A DNA stretch of 64,000 bases from an uncultured Enterobacterales bacterium. GTDB lineage: Bacteria > Myxococcota_A > UBA796 > CAJQPC01. The stretch covers positions 3,228 to 67,227 of the forward strand of contig CAZSAT010000023.1 in NCBI GenBank assembly GCA_964604675.1, in the 5' to 3' direction. Shown piece by piece: positions 20,871 to 31,497 of the stretch; the first letter of the stretch is position 1, and the number at the start of each line of letters is the position of its first letter. The notes under the pieces were generated by a model. That model worked only from the letters and a program-made list of their open reading frames with translations. It made no database searches and was not told the origin of the DNA. The translations under genes were made by a program, and so were the position numbers.

Positions 20871-23558
20871 TCAGGCCGTGCGAGCGACGGCCTCGACGAT
20901 GAAGGTCTCCACGACGTCGCCTTCCTTGACGTCGTGGAAGTTCTCCAGCCCGAGACCACACTCGTACCCGCTCTGGACTTCCTTGGCGTCGTTCTTGAAG
21001 CGCTTCAGCGAGGCGAGCTTGCCTTCCCAGACGATCACGCCGTCGCGCACGAGGCGGGCCTGGTTGTTTCGACCGAGCTGGCCGTCGGTGACCATGCAAC
21101 CGGCCACCGCGCCGATCTTCGGAATGTGGAAGACCTTGCGCACCTCGGCGGACCCCTGGTGGCGCTCGACGTACTCGGGCTCCAAGAGACCGACGAGGGC
21201 GTTCTTCACGTCGTCGAGGAGCTCGTAGATGACCTTGTAGCCGCGCACTTCGACGCCGGCCGCCTCGGCCGCCCTTCGGGCCTTCGCGTCCGGGCGCACG
21301 TTGAAGCCGAAGCAGATGGCGCCGTTGGCGCTGGCCAGCGTGATGTCGGATTCGACGATGGCACCCACGCCGCTGTGAAGCACGCGGATCTCAGCGCCTT
21401 CCACCTCGAGCTTCTCGAGCGACCCCTTGAGGGCCTCCAGCGAGCCCTGGACATCGGACTTCAGGATGATGAGGAGCTTCTTGATCTCCTCGGCCGCCTG
21501 CTGCTTGAAGAGATCCTGCAGGGTGAGCTTGCGACCGTTGTTGAGCGCGGCGACCCGCGCGATCTCCGCACGGTGCTCGGCCAGCTGCTTGGCATCCTTG
21601 TCGCTCCCCACCACGACGAAGTTGTCGCCCGCTGCGGGCACCTCGTTCATGCCGAAGATCTCCACGGGCGTGGACGGACCAGCGCTCTTGATCTTCTTGC
21701 CGCGGTGATCGACCATGGCGCGAACCCGGCCATAGGCGTTGCCCAACACGATCGGCTGGCCACGCTCGAGCGTGCCCTTCTCCACGAGGATGGTGGCGAC
21801 CGCACCCTTGCCCTTCTCGAGGCGCGCCTCGAGCACGGTGCCCTCAGCGTGGCGCTCCGCATTGGCGGTGTACTCCTCGAGCTCGGCCACGAGGAGCACG
21901 GCGTCGAGCAGGGCGTCGAGACCCGTGCCCTTGAGCGCAGAGACGTCGACCATCATGGTCTCGCCACCGTATTCCTCGGGGACCAGCCCGAACTCCATGA
22001 GCTTCTGCCGAATCTCGCCCGGGTTGACACCCGGCTTGTCGCACTTGTTGACGGCGACGACGATGGGCACGTCGGCCGCCTTGGCGTGGTTGATCGACTC
22101 GATGGTCTGCGGCATGACGCCATCGTCCGCAGCCACCACGAGGATGACGATGTCGGTGGCGCCGGCGCCCCGAGCCCGCATCTCGGTGAAGGCTTCGTGA
22201 CCCGGGGTGTCGAGGAAGGTGACCAGCTGGCCCTTCCGGTCGACCTGGTAGGCGCCGATGTGCTGGGTGATCCCGCCGGCCTCACCCGCAGCCACCTTGG
22301 CATTGCGGATGGAGTCCAACAGCGTCGTCTTTCCGTGGTCCACGTGACCCATCACCGTGACCACCGGCGGGCGGGACGATCCGCCCTCCTCCTCGCTGGC
22401 ATCGTCCACCGAGATGAGGTGGTCGTCCTCCTGGAAGCCGACGTTCACCACCTCGTACTCGAACTCGGTCGCCACGAGCTGGGCAGTTTCGAGATCGAGC
22501 TGCTCGTTGACCGTGGCCATCACGCCCATGCCCATGAGGTGACGGATGAGCTCGTTCGCCTTCTTGCCCATCTCGTGGGCAAGCTGGCCGACCGAGACCG
22601 AGTTGTCGATCATCACCTTGCGCTTCTGCGCCTTCGGCGGCGGCGAGGCCTTCTTCGGTCCGCTGCGCTTGCCCTTCCTGCGGCGACGGCTACCCGGGTA
22701 GTCGTCCATGAAGGCTTCGACGCGGGTGCGCCGGTTCCGGCGGGCGGGAGGTCGACCCCGACCCGCGGGCTTGCGCCGATCTTCGGTCTTGGTGGCGTCG
22801 TTGCCGGGCGTACCGGGTTGGGCAGCAGGCTTTGCCCACCGATCCTGCGGCTTCTCCTGGTTCGCGTTGGCGCGGGCGGCGCTCGCGCGCGGGTTGGAGG
22901 GATCCCAGCCATCAGGGGCCTGGATGACCGCCTTTCCGAGACCCGGCAGCTTGGGGCGCGCGCTCTTCACCGGTTCCTTGGGAGCTCCGAACGAGGGCAA
23001 CGACGGCATGGCCGGCGCAGCCTCCTCGACAGGGGCCGCCTCGACGAGCTCCGCTTCCACGGGCGCGGCTTCCGCCTCCGGTGCGGTCTCGGGGGCCGCC
23101 TCGGCTTCGACGGGCGGCGCGGCCTCGACCGAGGGCTTGGCGGTGGTCTGCGCAGGCTCGACGACGACCTGGGCCTCTTCCGCCCCCGGCTCGGGCGCGG
23201 GAGCGACTTCGACCGGCTCCGGAGCAGCCTCGACAGGCTCCGCCGCTTCGACGACCGGCTCCGGCGTGGGGGGCTGCTCGACGACCGGCACAGCCTCCTC
23301 GACGGGGCCCGGCACCGGCTCGACGGCTTCGGCGACGATCGGCTCCACCGTGGGCTTGGCGGGCGCGACGGCGCGACGGGTCGCGCCCATCGCACCGAGC
23401 TTCGGCTTTTCAGGTGCCTTGCGACGCCGACGGATCACGCCCTTCGCGACGCGGGTGTCGGTCTTCGGACCGCTCGACCCCGCCTCGGGGGCTTCGCCGC
23501 GCGTACGGCGTGGCACGGACGTGCGCTCGATGCGATCGAGGAGGTCTTTCTTGGACAT
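20871..23558 (-). CDS. infB: Translation initiation factor IF-2
   Basis: [32 protein letters not shown]; Pro/Glu/Ala-rich N-terminal linker; start ATG 23558. Confidence 0.98.
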   Translation of the reverse strand: MSKKDLLDRIERTSVPRRTRGEAPEAGSSGPKTDTRVAKGVIRRRRKAPEKPKLGAMGATRRAVAPAKPTVEPIVAEAVEPVPGPVEEAVPVVEQPPTPEPVVEAAEPVEAAPEPVEVAPAPEPGAEEAQVVVEPAQTTAKPSVEAAPPVEAEAAPETAPEAEAAPVEAELVEAAPVEEAAPAMPSLPSFGAPKEPVKSARPKLPGLGKAVIQAPDGWDPSNPRASAARANANQEKPQDRWAKPAAQPGTPGNDATKTEDRRKPAGRGRPPARRNRRTRVEAFMDDYPGSRRRRKGKRSGPKKASPPPKAQKRKVMIDNSVSVGQLAHEMGKKANELIRHLMGMGVMATVNEQLDLETAQLVATEFEYEVVNVGFQEDDHLISVDDASEEEGGSSRPPVVTVMGHVDHGKTTLLDSIRNAKVAAGEAGGITQHIGAYQVDRKGQLVTFLDTPGHEAFTEMRARGAGATDIVILVVAADDGVMPQTIESINHAKAADVPIVVAVNKCDKPGVNPGEIRQKLMEFGLVPEEYGGETMMVDVSALKGTGLDALLDAVLLVAELEEYTANAERHAEGTVLEARLEKGKGAVATILVEKGTLERGQPIVLGNAYGRVRAMVDHRGKKIKSAGPSTPVEIFGMNEVPAAGDNFVVVGSDKDAKQLAEHRAEIARVAALNNGRKLTLQDLFKQQAAEEIKKLLIILKSDVQGSLEALKGSLEKLEVEGAEIRVLHSGVGAIVESDITLASANGAICFGFNVRPDAKARRAAEAAGVEVRGYKVIYELLDDVKNALVGLLEPEYVERHQGSAEVRKVFHIPKIGAVAGCMVTDGQLGRNNQARLVRDGVIVWEGKLASLKRFKNDAKEVQSGYECGLGLENFHDVKEGDVVETFIVEAVARTA

Positions 23559-23678
23559 GCTTTCCAGGTTCTGCAGGCGGAGCCGGCAGCTTGGCGGGAC
23601 CGTGGGTCCGTGCCGATGGCGACGATGCACACCGCACCACGCCCGGCGAGGACGGCCTCGCGAGAGGACCGTGCCGGC

Positions 23679-24245
23679 TTAACGCAGTTCTGAGAAGCGG
23701 CGCAACTCCCGCAAAACTGCTGCTCCCGGCTTTCCTGGAAGGATCGCGAGGGCCGACCGGGGGCCTTTCCCCACATGGGCCCCCAGCCGCTCCGAGTTCC
23801 AGTCGAGTGGAACGGCCAGTCGCTCCCCCGAGCGCCGCTCGAGGTCGGCGGCCAGGCGCGGTGATGCGTCGGCCGCGAGCAGGACAGCGAGGGCGCCGTC
23901 CGCGAGGGCCAGCCGCACGCGGTCCTTGCCACCGTGGAGGCAGCCGCTGCGCGCTGCGAGCGAGAGCGCATCGGCGAGGGCCTTGGCGTTGGCAGCCCGA
24001 ATTCGCTCCAGGAGCCCATCGGTGCGCACGGCACGCCGGAAGGCTCGGGTCAGCATGCGAGGCTTCTTCTCGAGCTGTTCGATCACCGATCGCTTCGGCG
24101 TGACCCAGGCTCCGCGGCCTGGAAGGCGCGCACGGTAGTCGACGTGCACGAGCCCGTCCGGTGCGACCACGAGGCGCACCAGATCCGCCGGCGCCCCACG
24201 CTCGCGGGTCACCACACAGCTGCGCTCGGGCACGTGCGCGCCCAC
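23679..24245 (-). CDS. YlxR/DUF448 domain fused to an L7Ae-like domain
   Basis: PERSCV...GRGAWV (YlxR) followed by LSLAARSG...G...V...AADAS (L7Ae-like); located between nusA and infB. Confidence 0.8.
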   Translation of the reverse strand: MGAHVPERSCVVTRERGAPADLVRLVVAPDGLVHVDYRARLPGRGAWVTPKRSVIEQLEKKPRMLTRAFRRAVRTDGLLERIRAANAKALADALSLAARSGCLHGGKDRVRLALADGALAVLLAADASPRLAADLERRSGERLAVPLDWNSERLGAHVGKGPRSALAILPGKPGAAVLRELRRFSELR

Positions 24246-24255
24246 CGAGTCGCCC

Positions 24256-25629
24256 TCAGCCCTCGGGAGGCAGATCCCCGTCAGCCTCCGGCGGCAACGC
24301 GTCGAGCACCGGCAGGTCTTCGTCCGCCTCGGGCGGGAGATCGTCCGCCATTTCCTCGGCCAGACGCTTCCGCTCGGCCTCTTCGAGGATGAGCTGCTCC
24401 AGCAACGAGTCGGCCAGCTCGATCACCTTCGTGGCGACGTCCTCTTCGATGTCGAGGATGTTGGACACCTCGTAGGTATCGGCATCCGCGAGCTCACGCG
24501 CGCTGCGCAGGCCGTGGCGGATCAGCATCTCGACGGCGTCCTCGTCCAGACCGTCTACCCGGGACAGTTCCACGCGAGCCTGCTCGTTGATCTCCTGGTG
24601 CCTGGACTCCGAGAAGATGTCGATCTTCCAGCCGGTGAGCTGAGCGGCGAGCCGCACGTTCTGGCCCCGACGGCCGATCGCCTTGCTGAGCTGGTCGTCC
24701 GGGACGATCAGCTCCATGCAGTGCGTGTGCTCGTCGATGTAGACGCGCGTCACCTTGGCCGGCGCGATGCCGTGCACGATGAAGCGGGCCGGGTCCGGGT
24801 GGAAGGGGATGATGTCGATGGCCTCACCGCGCAGCTCCTGCACCACCGCCTGGACGCGGGAGCCCTTGAGACCGACACAGGCGCCGACCGGATCGACGTC
24901 GCTGTCGGTGCTGGAGACCGCGATCTTGGCGCGGAAGCCCGGCTCGCGGGCACAGGCCTCGATGCGCACGATCCCCTCGTAGATCTCGGGGACCTCGAGC
25001 TCGAACAGCTTCATGAGCAGCCCGGGGTGGCTCCGGGAGAGCACCACCTGTGGCGACTTGGACGCCCGGGTGATGTCGAGCACGTACGCCTGGATGCGAT
25101 CACCCTGCCGGTAGGTCTCCGTGGGGACCTGCTCTCGGCGGGGGAGGATGGCCTCGGCCCGGCCGAGGTCGACCACGATGTTGCCCTTCTCGAAGCGCCG
25201 GACGATGCCCGTGATGAGCTCACCCTTCCGATCACGGAACTCCTGGAAGGTCATCTCGCGCTCGGCGTCGCGGACCTTCTGGATGATCACCTGCTTGGCG
25301 GTCTGCGCCGCGATGCGACCCAGGATCTCGATGTTCATCTTCACGCCGAGCGAATCGCCGAGCTCGCAGTCGGGGTCGAGCTCCCGAGCTTCGTCGATGA
25401 CCAGCTCGGTCTCCTCGTCCTCGATCTCGTCGACGACGGTCTTGAACTCGAAGAGCTCGACCTCGCCCAGCTCCTCGTTGTACTGGGCCTCGATGTCGCG
25501 CTCCATGCCGTAGCGCTTGCGCGCCGCGGCCTCCATCGCGGACTCGAGGACCTCGATGACGGCGTCGCGGGGGATGTTCTTCTCGCGGTGGACCACGTCG
25601 ATCAGACGGGCGAGATCGGAGGAGATCAT
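24256..25629 (-). CDS. nusA: Transcription factor NusA
   Basis: [47 protein letters not shown]; start ATG 25629. Confidence 0.98.
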   Translation of the reverse strand: MISSDLARLIDVVHREKNIPRDAVIEVLESAMEAAARKRYGMERDIEAQYNEELGEVELFEFKTVVDEIEDEETELVIDEARELDPDCELGDSLGVKMNIEILGRIAAQTAKQVIIQKVRDAEREMTFQEFRDRKGELITGIVRRFEKGNIVVDLGRAEAILPRREQVPTETYRQGDRIQAYVLDITRASKSPQVVLSRSHPGLLMKLFELEVPEIYEGIVRIEACAREPGFRAKIAVSSTDSDVDPVGACVGLKGSRVQAVVQELRGEAIDIIPFHPDPARFIVHGIAPAKVTRVYIDEHTHCMELIVPDDQLSKAIGRRGQNVRLAAQLTGWKIDIFSESRHQEINEQARVELSRVDGLDEDAVEMLIRHGLRSARELADADTYEVSNILDIEEDVATKVIELADSLLEQLILEEAERKRLAEEMADDLPPEADEDLPVLDALPPEADGDLPPEG

Positions 25630-26150
25630 GAGGTGGGCTCCTTGGCTACGACACGCGGAGGGGGAGCCTCCGCGAGTTGGCGATAGGTCTCGAGGTCGAG
25701 CACCAGCGCGGCACGCTCGATGGCGTCCCAGCGGATGCGGTGGGTCTGTCCGTCCACGTCGATGAGCACGTGGTCGTCTTCCGTGCCCAGCAGCACGCCC
25801 CGGTAGCGACGTCGGGCCTCGTCGGGTGCGAGCCTGAGGCGGGCCGGGAAGCCGGCGAAGCGGGCGAAGTCCTCGAGCATCATCAGCGGACGGTCGATGC
25901 CCGGCGAGCTGACCTCGAGGTTGTAGGCGCCGTCGATCGGATCTTCGACATCGAGCACCGGCGACAGGGCGTGGCTGGCTGCCGCGCACTCCTGCACCCC
26001 GACCCCTCCGGGCTTGTCGATGCTGACGCGCAGCACGCGACGACCATGGTCGGTGGTGAGCTCGACCGCCACCAGCTCGAGCTCCAGCCGCTCCAACGAA
26101 GGAGTCAGCAGGCGGTACAGCTCGAGCTCCTGCAGGCGGTTGGCGGTCAC
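25626..26150 (-). CDS. rimP: Ribosome maturation factor RimP
   Basis: LRVSID...C...[20 protein letters not shown]; GTG 26150 preceded by GAGGA. Confidence 0.93.
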   Translation of the reverse strand: MTANRLQELELYRLLTPSLERLELELVAVELTTDHGRRVLRVSIDKPGGVGVQECAAASHALSPVLDVEDPIDGAYNLEVSSPGIDRPLMMLEDFARFAGFPARLRLAPDEARRRYRGVLLGTEDDHVLIDVDGQTHRIRWDAIERAALVLDLETYRQLAEAPPPRVVAKEPTS

Positions 26151-26165
26151 GGGTCCTCGGCAGAG

Positions 26166-26199
26166 AAAAAAAGGAGCCGCCCGGACGGGCCGCTCCTTT
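26166..26199 (-). terminator. Intrinsic terminator / possible attenuator just upstream of rimP
   Basis: Minus strand AAAGGAGCGGCCC-GTCC-GGGCGGCTCC followed by a run of about 7 T. Confidence 0.75.
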
Positions 26200-26260
26200 G
26201 GTAAGTCGCGTCGTTGACGGTCCACCTAACGGCGCGTCGATGCGTCGGCAAGGCTGCCGG

Positions 26261-27121
26261 CTACTGCTTGAGCAGCTCCTTGGCTTCCGCGGCCGCCTTG
26301 GTCTTGGGGTAGCGCGCGATGACGTCCTCCCAGAAGAGGCGTGCCTCCATGCTCTTGCCGAGCTTCGCGAAGCACTCGCCCTGCCGGACCATGGCCCAGC
26401 TCGCCCAGGGCGAATCGGCATGGCTGCTGACGACGTCCTCGAAGCGCAAGATGGCTTGCTGGTAGCCCCCCTCGTTGAACCAGCTCTCGGCGAGTCGGTA
26501 CCTGGCTTCCGGCACGAGCTCCGCCTCGGCGTCGGCCTCGACGAGGCGTTCCAGGATGGCGCGAGCCGCCCGCGGGCGGTTCTCACGGAGGTGCGAACGC
26601 GCGAGCTCCATCAACTCGTCGGGCGTGCCGCCGGTCTCGACCTCCTCCTCGCCCTGGTCGGCCTGTTCGTCGACCCCTCCCCCGTCCTCTGCCGCGCTCC
26701 CGGTGTCCGAGCCGCCAGGCTCCTCCTCCAGCTCGGGCGGATCGGCCGGCTCCAAGCCGAGGTTCTCCTCCAGTGCCCCGGCGCGAAGCTCCAGCCACGT
26801 GAGTCGGAAGTCGGCGTCGTCTCGGAAGCTGGTGCCGGTGCCCAGTCCATCGTCCAGCTCGTGCTGGAGGAGCTCGACTTGACCGCGCAGCCGACGGACC
26901 TCGAGCACGACCTGGTCGAAGCTCTCGAGGCTGGCAGCGTCCTGCTCGGACTGGTAGCGCAACACCTCTTCGAGTTGGTCGACCTGCCGCTCGAGGCTGC
27001 TCGCGCGCATCTCGGTCTGCTCACCACGCTGGCGTGCCAGCGCGATCTCGCGCTGAAGGCCATCGCTGGCGCTCTGTCCGGTCCGGTCCAACACGCAGGA
27101 CAAGGTGAGAAGCGTCCACAT
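26261..27121 (-). CDS. cpoB: CpoB/YbgF-like TPR protein, putative lipoprotein
   Basis: N-terminal coiled coil, C-terminal TPRs ([23 protein letters not shown]), downstream of pal. Confidence 0.85.
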   Translation of the reverse strand: MWTLLTLSCVLDRTGQSASDGLQREIALARQRGEQTEMRASSLERQVDQLEEVLRYQSEQDAASLESFDQVVLEVRRLRGQVELLQHELDDGLGTGTSFRDDADFRLTWLELRAGALEENLGLEPADPPELEEEPGGSDTGSAAEDGGGVDEQADQGEEEVETGGTPDELMELARSHLRENRPRAARAILERLVEADAEAELVPEARYRLAESWFNEGGYQQAILRFEDVVSSHADSPWASWAMVRQGECFAKLGKSMEARLFWEDVIARYPKTKAAAEAKELLKQ

Positions 27122-27849
27122 CAGCGCTGCAACTCCAGCTCGACCCGCCGGTTCTTGGACCAGGCGGCTTCGTCGTGACCGCCGACCAGCGGACGCTCCT
27201 CGCCGTAGCTCACCGCCTCGATGCGGCTGGGGCTCACCCCGCGCCGCACGAGGGCGCTCTTCACCGCCTCCGCCCGCCGGTTGCCCAGGGCGATGTTGTA
27301 GGTCGTGGTGCCACGCTCGTCGCAGTGCCCCTCGAGGCGAACGTCACCGCGCACGTCGGCCAGGCACGCCGCCAGCTCGGCCACCTGGCGGTTCGACTCG
27401 GTGGTCAATGTGGACGCGTCGAACTCGAAGTAGATCGTGGCCGATTCGCAGGGCTTGCGTGCAGGGGTCGTGTTGAGCGCTCGCACGATGAGACCAGACC
27501 GGAGCACCGAGCGCTCGCCCCCCGGGTTCATCACGGTCACGTCGACGGCGCCGGATGGAAGCCCCGGAGCGGTGACCCGCGCCGTGTTGCCGTCGAGCAC
27601 GGTGACCGAGACGGCCTCGCGCTCGTCGAAGAACACCCGCATGCCGTCGGCGAACTCCGATCCGTACAGCATGGCATCGAAGCCCTGATCGGCCTTCGCG
27701 GAGGCGGGGTCGATCGAGATGAGCTGGAGCATCACCTCGGGCCCCTGGATGTCCAAGGTGTCGTCGGGGGGCGGGTCCTGCCGGCACTTGGAGGCCGTCA
27801 ACATCGGCACCAACAAGAGCACCAGGGACCAGCGCGTCGTTCGCTTCAT
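27121..27849 (-). CDS. pal: Pal/OmpA-family lipoprotein with an inserted IPT/TIG-like domain
   Basis: IYFEFDAS...EGHCDERGTTTYNIALGNRRA...SYGEERP...NRRVE; preceded by ISIDPAS...DVTVMNPGG Ig-like segment; SKC lipobox. Confidence 0.8.
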   Translation of the reverse strand: MKRTTRWSLVLLLVPMLTASKCRQDPPPDDTLDIQGPEVMLQLISIDPASAKADQGFDAMLYGSEFADGMRVFFDEREAVSVTVLDGNTARVTAPGLPSGAVDVTVMNPGGERSVLRSGLIVRALNTTPARKPCESATIYFEFDASTLTTESNRQVAELAACLADVRGDVRLEGHCDERGTTTYNIALGNRRAEAVKSALVRRGVSPSRIEAVSYGEERPLVGGHDEAAWSKNRRVELELQR

Positions 27850-27894
27850 CGGGATTCGCTCCAGCCTTCGTCGTAGGCCAGAAGTCTTGCCGTG

Positions 27895-29154
27895 TCAAGG
27901 GTCTTCTGGCTGCAGACCCTCGGACTGCAAGCGCTCGAGGGGCGATTCCTCTTCCGGCGCGTAGAACCAGGCCGCCTCCGACGCCGAGATCCAGCCGAGC
28001 TCCGCCGCCGTCCGGTGCCCGATGCGCACCTCGCGCAGCTCCGAAGCCTCGCGCTCGGCCGTGCGCGACAAGGGGATGTCGACCGCCATCAACTCGGCAT
28101 ACCTCTGCGGGTAGAGCGGCCGGACGAAGGGCTCGACGTAGCCCTCGGGGTAGGTCGCGTGGAAGCTGGCTTCGTCGTACTTGTCGCTCGCGCCGAGGGT
28201 GTGCCCGAGCTCGTGCGCGATCGTGACCAGGGCGTAGGCCGGGTTCCACTCCTCGGCGCTCACCCACGCCACGGCCAGGCGGCCCTTCTCGGAGCCGCGC
28301 GAGTGCGAGGCCACGTCGCCACCTTGCGGTGTGAACACCACGAACACGCGGACATCGAAGTTGTCCGGGGAGAGTCCCTGATCACGGAGGAGGCCGTTCC
28401 AGTACCGGGGGTAGAGCACGCTGCGCCACAGCAGCGTGAGGGTGCCCTCCGCCTCGTGGAGCTTCGGAGGCGTCGGGAGGAAGTCCTCGGGTCCGTAGGT
28501 GCGCAGCTCCATGAACTCCCGCTCCGCTCCCACGTACCGGCTGTACTCGAGGTCGTACCAGGCCTTGACGTCTCGCCAGGACGGTCCCGCGAAGCCGTCG
28601 GTCACGCGTCCGTTGAGCTGGCGCACGAGCTGGTGCCGACGCATGTCGCCGGGGGCGTACTGGAAGAGCCCGACGAGCACCGTGCCCCCGTCGAGGGCCC
28701 GCGCGTCCTGGCGGAGGTGCTCGACGACCTGCTGCAGGAACACCACGAACCCCAGCACCAGGAGGAGCTGGCGCACCCTCGTGGTACGCGTGCGGCCGAC
28801 GTGCTCGCGGTGATGCGCGGGGCAGAGCCGGGCGCCCCGCGCTTCGAGCCGACAGCGGCTGCAGAGGGCCGTGGTGCAGACCGAACAGGCATCGATGGCG
28901 TACTCCGCCGAGTGAGCGGGGCAGAACAGCTCGCCTTGCTCGAACTCTCGCACCACGACGACGCCAGCGCCCGCGGCACGCAGTCGGTCGACGGTGTCCA
29001 CCGCCGCGACGGTGTCGTCGGTCAGCCGCAGCACCATGGGAAGCTCCTTCCGCTCGGGCACGGCACGCCGAGGGAGGAGCTCCCTGAGGTCGTCCGCGTC
29101 TTCCGGAAGGGAGATCAAGACGATGCGGTAGCGGACACCGCCCGGCGTGCTCAC
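27895..29154 (-). CDS. Membrane protein with a B-box-like Cys/His cluster and HExxH zinc-protease motif
   Basis: CPAH...CSVC...CSRC...CPAH, one TM helix, TIAHELGHTLG. Confidence 0.7.
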   Translation of the reverse strand: MSTPGGVRYRIVLISLPEDADDLRELLPRRAVPERKELPMVLRLTDDTVAAVDTVDRLRAAGAGVVVVREFEQGELFCPAHSAEYAIDACSVCTTALCSRCRLEARGARLCPAHHREHVGRTRTTRVRQLLLVLGFVVFLQQVVEHLRQDARALDGGTVLVGLFQYAPGDMRRHQLVRQLNGRVTDGFAGPSWRDVKAWYDLEYSRYVGAEREFMELRTYGPEDFLPTPPKLHEAEGTLTLLWRSVLYPRYWNGLLRDQGLSPDNFDVRVFVVFTPQGGDVASHSRGSEKGRLAVAWVSAEEWNPAYALVTIAHELGHTLGASDKYDEASFHATYPEGYVEPFVRPLYPQRYAELMAVDIPLSRTAEREASELREVRIGHRTAAELGWISASEAAWFYAPEEESPLERLQSEGLQPEDP

Positions 29155-29188
29155 GGCTCCACCTCGGTCATCAACCTATCATCGGCCC

Positions 29189-30511
29189 ATGACCGCCCGG
29201 CTTTCGTCGTTGTGGCTTCCGGCAGCGTGCGTCGCCGGGGCGACCATCGCCTGCACAGCGCTCGATCCGCGCACCGACAACCAGGCCTTCGTCGCGGTCG
29301 TGCTGGTGTGGGCGGCGCTGGCGTGCGGGGCGGCGTGGACGGTCCGGCAGGCGTCGGCCGTGCCGCGCTGGACCCTGGTCGCGGCCGTCGCCCTCCGCGC
29401 GATCGCGCTGGGCCTGCCCCTGACCTTGAGCGACGACGTCTTCCGGTACTTGTGGGAGGGGCAGGTGCAGGTCGCCGGCCACAACCCCTTCCTCTACGCC
29501 CCCGAAGCGTCCGAGCTGGCCGCTCTCCGCGATGGGATCTGGGAGCAGGTGAACCACAAGGGGGTGTCGACGATCTACCCCCCCCTGGCCCTGCACCTCT
29601 TCACGCTCGTGTCGGCGCTGGCCTACGTCCCGCTCACGTGGAAGATCGTCGCGGGTCTGGCAGACCTGGCCCTGCTCCACCAGCTGGGCCGTCTGGTTCG
29701 CGCGCGCTCAGGCCGCGCCTGGGCCATCGTGGCGTACGCACTCCACCCCCTGCCCGTGCTCGAGTCGGCAGGGAGCGGGCACCTCGAGCCGCTCGCGCTG
29801 CTCGCCCTCGTGGTCGGCTTGCGCCTCTGGGACGCCGGGCGGGTACGGGGGGCGTGGCTCGCGCTCGCGGTGGGAGCGGGCATCAAGATCCTCCCCGCGG
29901 TGGCCGGCGTGTCGATGCTCCGTCGCGTGCGGGCCGACACGGCCGTCGGCGCGCTTGGCGGAGGGCTCCTCCTGGGCTTGGCGACCCTCCCCTTCCTGGC
30001 CGCCGGTCCGACCCTCCTCCGCGGCTTCGGCACCTACTACGAGAGCTGGGCCTTCAATGCGGCGCTCTTCCCGTGGATCCAGACCGTGGCGGGCGACGCC
30101 GCCCGGCCGGTCGCCGTCGGAGTCGGGGCCTTGGCTTGCGCCATCGCGACGCTCCGGCTCCGGGACCCTGCGCGTCTGGCCTTGTTCGTCGGGGGGGCGC
30201 TGGTCCTGCTCTCGCCCGTGGTCCACCCCTGGTACGTGCTGTGGGCGCTGGTGCCGGCCCTCTGCGTCGGCGCGTGGCCCTGGCTGGTCCTGGCCAGCAC
30301 CACCTTGTCGGCGTACCTTGTCCTGGGAACCCTGGACCCCACCACGGGTGCCTGGACCGAAGCCGGATGGGTGCGATGGCTCGAATACCCTCCCATGGCG
30401 CTCGCCGGCCTCTGGTGGTGGCGACGCCGGACGAAGCCTTGGAGCGCGCCGGGATCCGCGCCGGGCGGTGGCTCGTCGTCGTTCCCGACGCCACGCGCTG
30501 CCTCGACCTAG
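29189..30511 (+). CDS. GT87-like polytopic glycosyltransferase
   Basis: LSDDVFRYLWEG, TIYPP, GHLEP, VHPWY motifs and many TM helices. Confidence 0.75.
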   Translation: MTARLSSLWLPAACVAGATIACTALDPRTDNQAFVAVVLVWAALACGAAWTVRQASAVPRWTLVAAVALRAIALGLPLTLSDDVFRYLWEGQVQVAGHNPFLYAPEASELAALRDGIWEQVNHKGVSTIYPPLALHLFTLVSALAYVPLTWKIVAGLADLALLHQLGRLVRARSGRAWAIVAYALHPLPVLESAGSGHLEPLALLALVVGLRLWDAGRVRGAWLALAVGAGIKILPAVAGVSMLRRVRADTAVGALGGGLLLGLATLPFLAAGPTLLRGFGTYYESWAFNAALFPWIQTVAGDAARPVAVGVGALACAIATLRLRDPARLALFVGGALVLLSPVVHPWYVLWALVPALCVGAWPWLVLASTTLSAYLVLGTLDPTTGAWTEAGWVRWLEYPPMALAGLWWWRRRTKPWSAPGSAPGGGSSSFPTPRAAST

Positions 30512-31497
30512 GCGCCGCGCTCGCTGCGCTCCGCCCCCGACTGGGCGCGAGCGTCGAGGTGCTGGTCGGCCTCGGTCTCCACCGGCCGACGTCCCCCGCG
30601 GAACGAGCGACGCTGGCTAAGAGCGTGGACTGGCCGATCCTCGACCACGACCTCGACGACGTGGTCGACCTCGACCAGGTGGACGGCGTCCCTCTCCAGG
30701 TCACGCGGCGGGTGGCGGAGGCTGAGCGGGTGCTCACGGTCGGCGTGGTGGAGCTGCACCAATACGCCGGCTTCTCCGGCGGCCACAAGGGGGTGGTCGT
30801 GGGGTGTGGGGGACGCGACACCCTGGCGGCGCTCCACCGCCGAGACCTCGTGTGTGACCCCCGTGTCGAGGTCGGGCGCCTCAGCCAGAACCCCTTCCGA
30901 GACGCCATCGACGCCCTGGGGGAGCGCCTCGGAACGGTGGAGAGCGCCTTGCAGGCCCTCCCGGACGGACGCTGGGTCGCGGGCCCACCCATCGCCGCCC
31001 ACCGAGCGGCGGCCGAGGCTCAAGACGTGTGGACGCCCGTGTCCAAGGACTACGACAGCGTGCTCCTGCGGGTGCCGACCGCCAAGGCCGCGAACGCCTA
31101 CCAGGCCAGCCGGGCAGCGACCTACCTCGGGCTGAGCCCCGCGCCCCCCCTGCGCCCCGGCGCGCACCTCGTGGTCGACGCCGCCTGCCCGGAAGGCGTG
31201 GGCCGAGGCGCGGGCGAGCAAGCCTTCGCGGCCCTGCTCGGTAGCACCCGCCCCCCCTGGGGCCAGCTCCTCTCCGGCTCCGCGGCACGAGGCGCCGGCC
31301 TCCAGCGGGCCTGGATGCTGGCGCGGCTGGCCAGGCGGTTCCGGCTGACCTTCGCCGGATGCCAGACCGCGGCCGAGCTCCGCTCCTTTGGCCTGGACGC
31401 CACCGAGGAGCCCGCCGAGCAGGTGGCCGGAGAGCGTGCCCTCCAGGTGCCCGCGCCCTTCGTCAGCTTGCCCCAGCGGGCCGTCGCCAGCTCGTGA
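30415..31497 (+). CDS. LarA-superfamily (lactate racemase-like) protein
   Basis: VVVPDATR, GLGLHRP, ELHQYAGFSGGHK, ALH match LarA His/Lys positions. Start is GTG 30415 or ATG 30376, overlapping the GT87 3' end. Confidence 0.75.
   Translation: MVATPDEALERAGIRAGRWLVVVPDATRCLDLGAALAALRPRLGASVEVLVGLGLHRPTSPAERATLAKSVDWPILDHDLDDVVDLDQVDGVPLQVTRRVAEAERVLTVGVVELHQYAGFSGGHKGVVVGCGGRDTLAALHRRDLVCDPRVEVGRLSQNPFRDAIDALGERLGTVESALQALPDGRWVAGPPIAAHRAAAEAQDVWTPVSKDYDSVLLRVPTAKAANAYQASRAATYLGLSPAPPLRPGAHLVVDAACPEGVGRGAGEQAFAALLGSTRPPWGQLLSGSAARGAGLQRAWMLARLARRFRLTFAGCQTAAELRSFGLDATEEPAEQVAGERALQVPAPFVSLPQRAVASS

Noticed and set aside
27892-31497. 1201-aa plus-strand ORF
   Set aside because: Only the last ~360 aa carry LarA motifs; the rest is off-frame or antisense to other genes. 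Other long Arg/Pro-rich ORFs in the track were rejected for the same reason.
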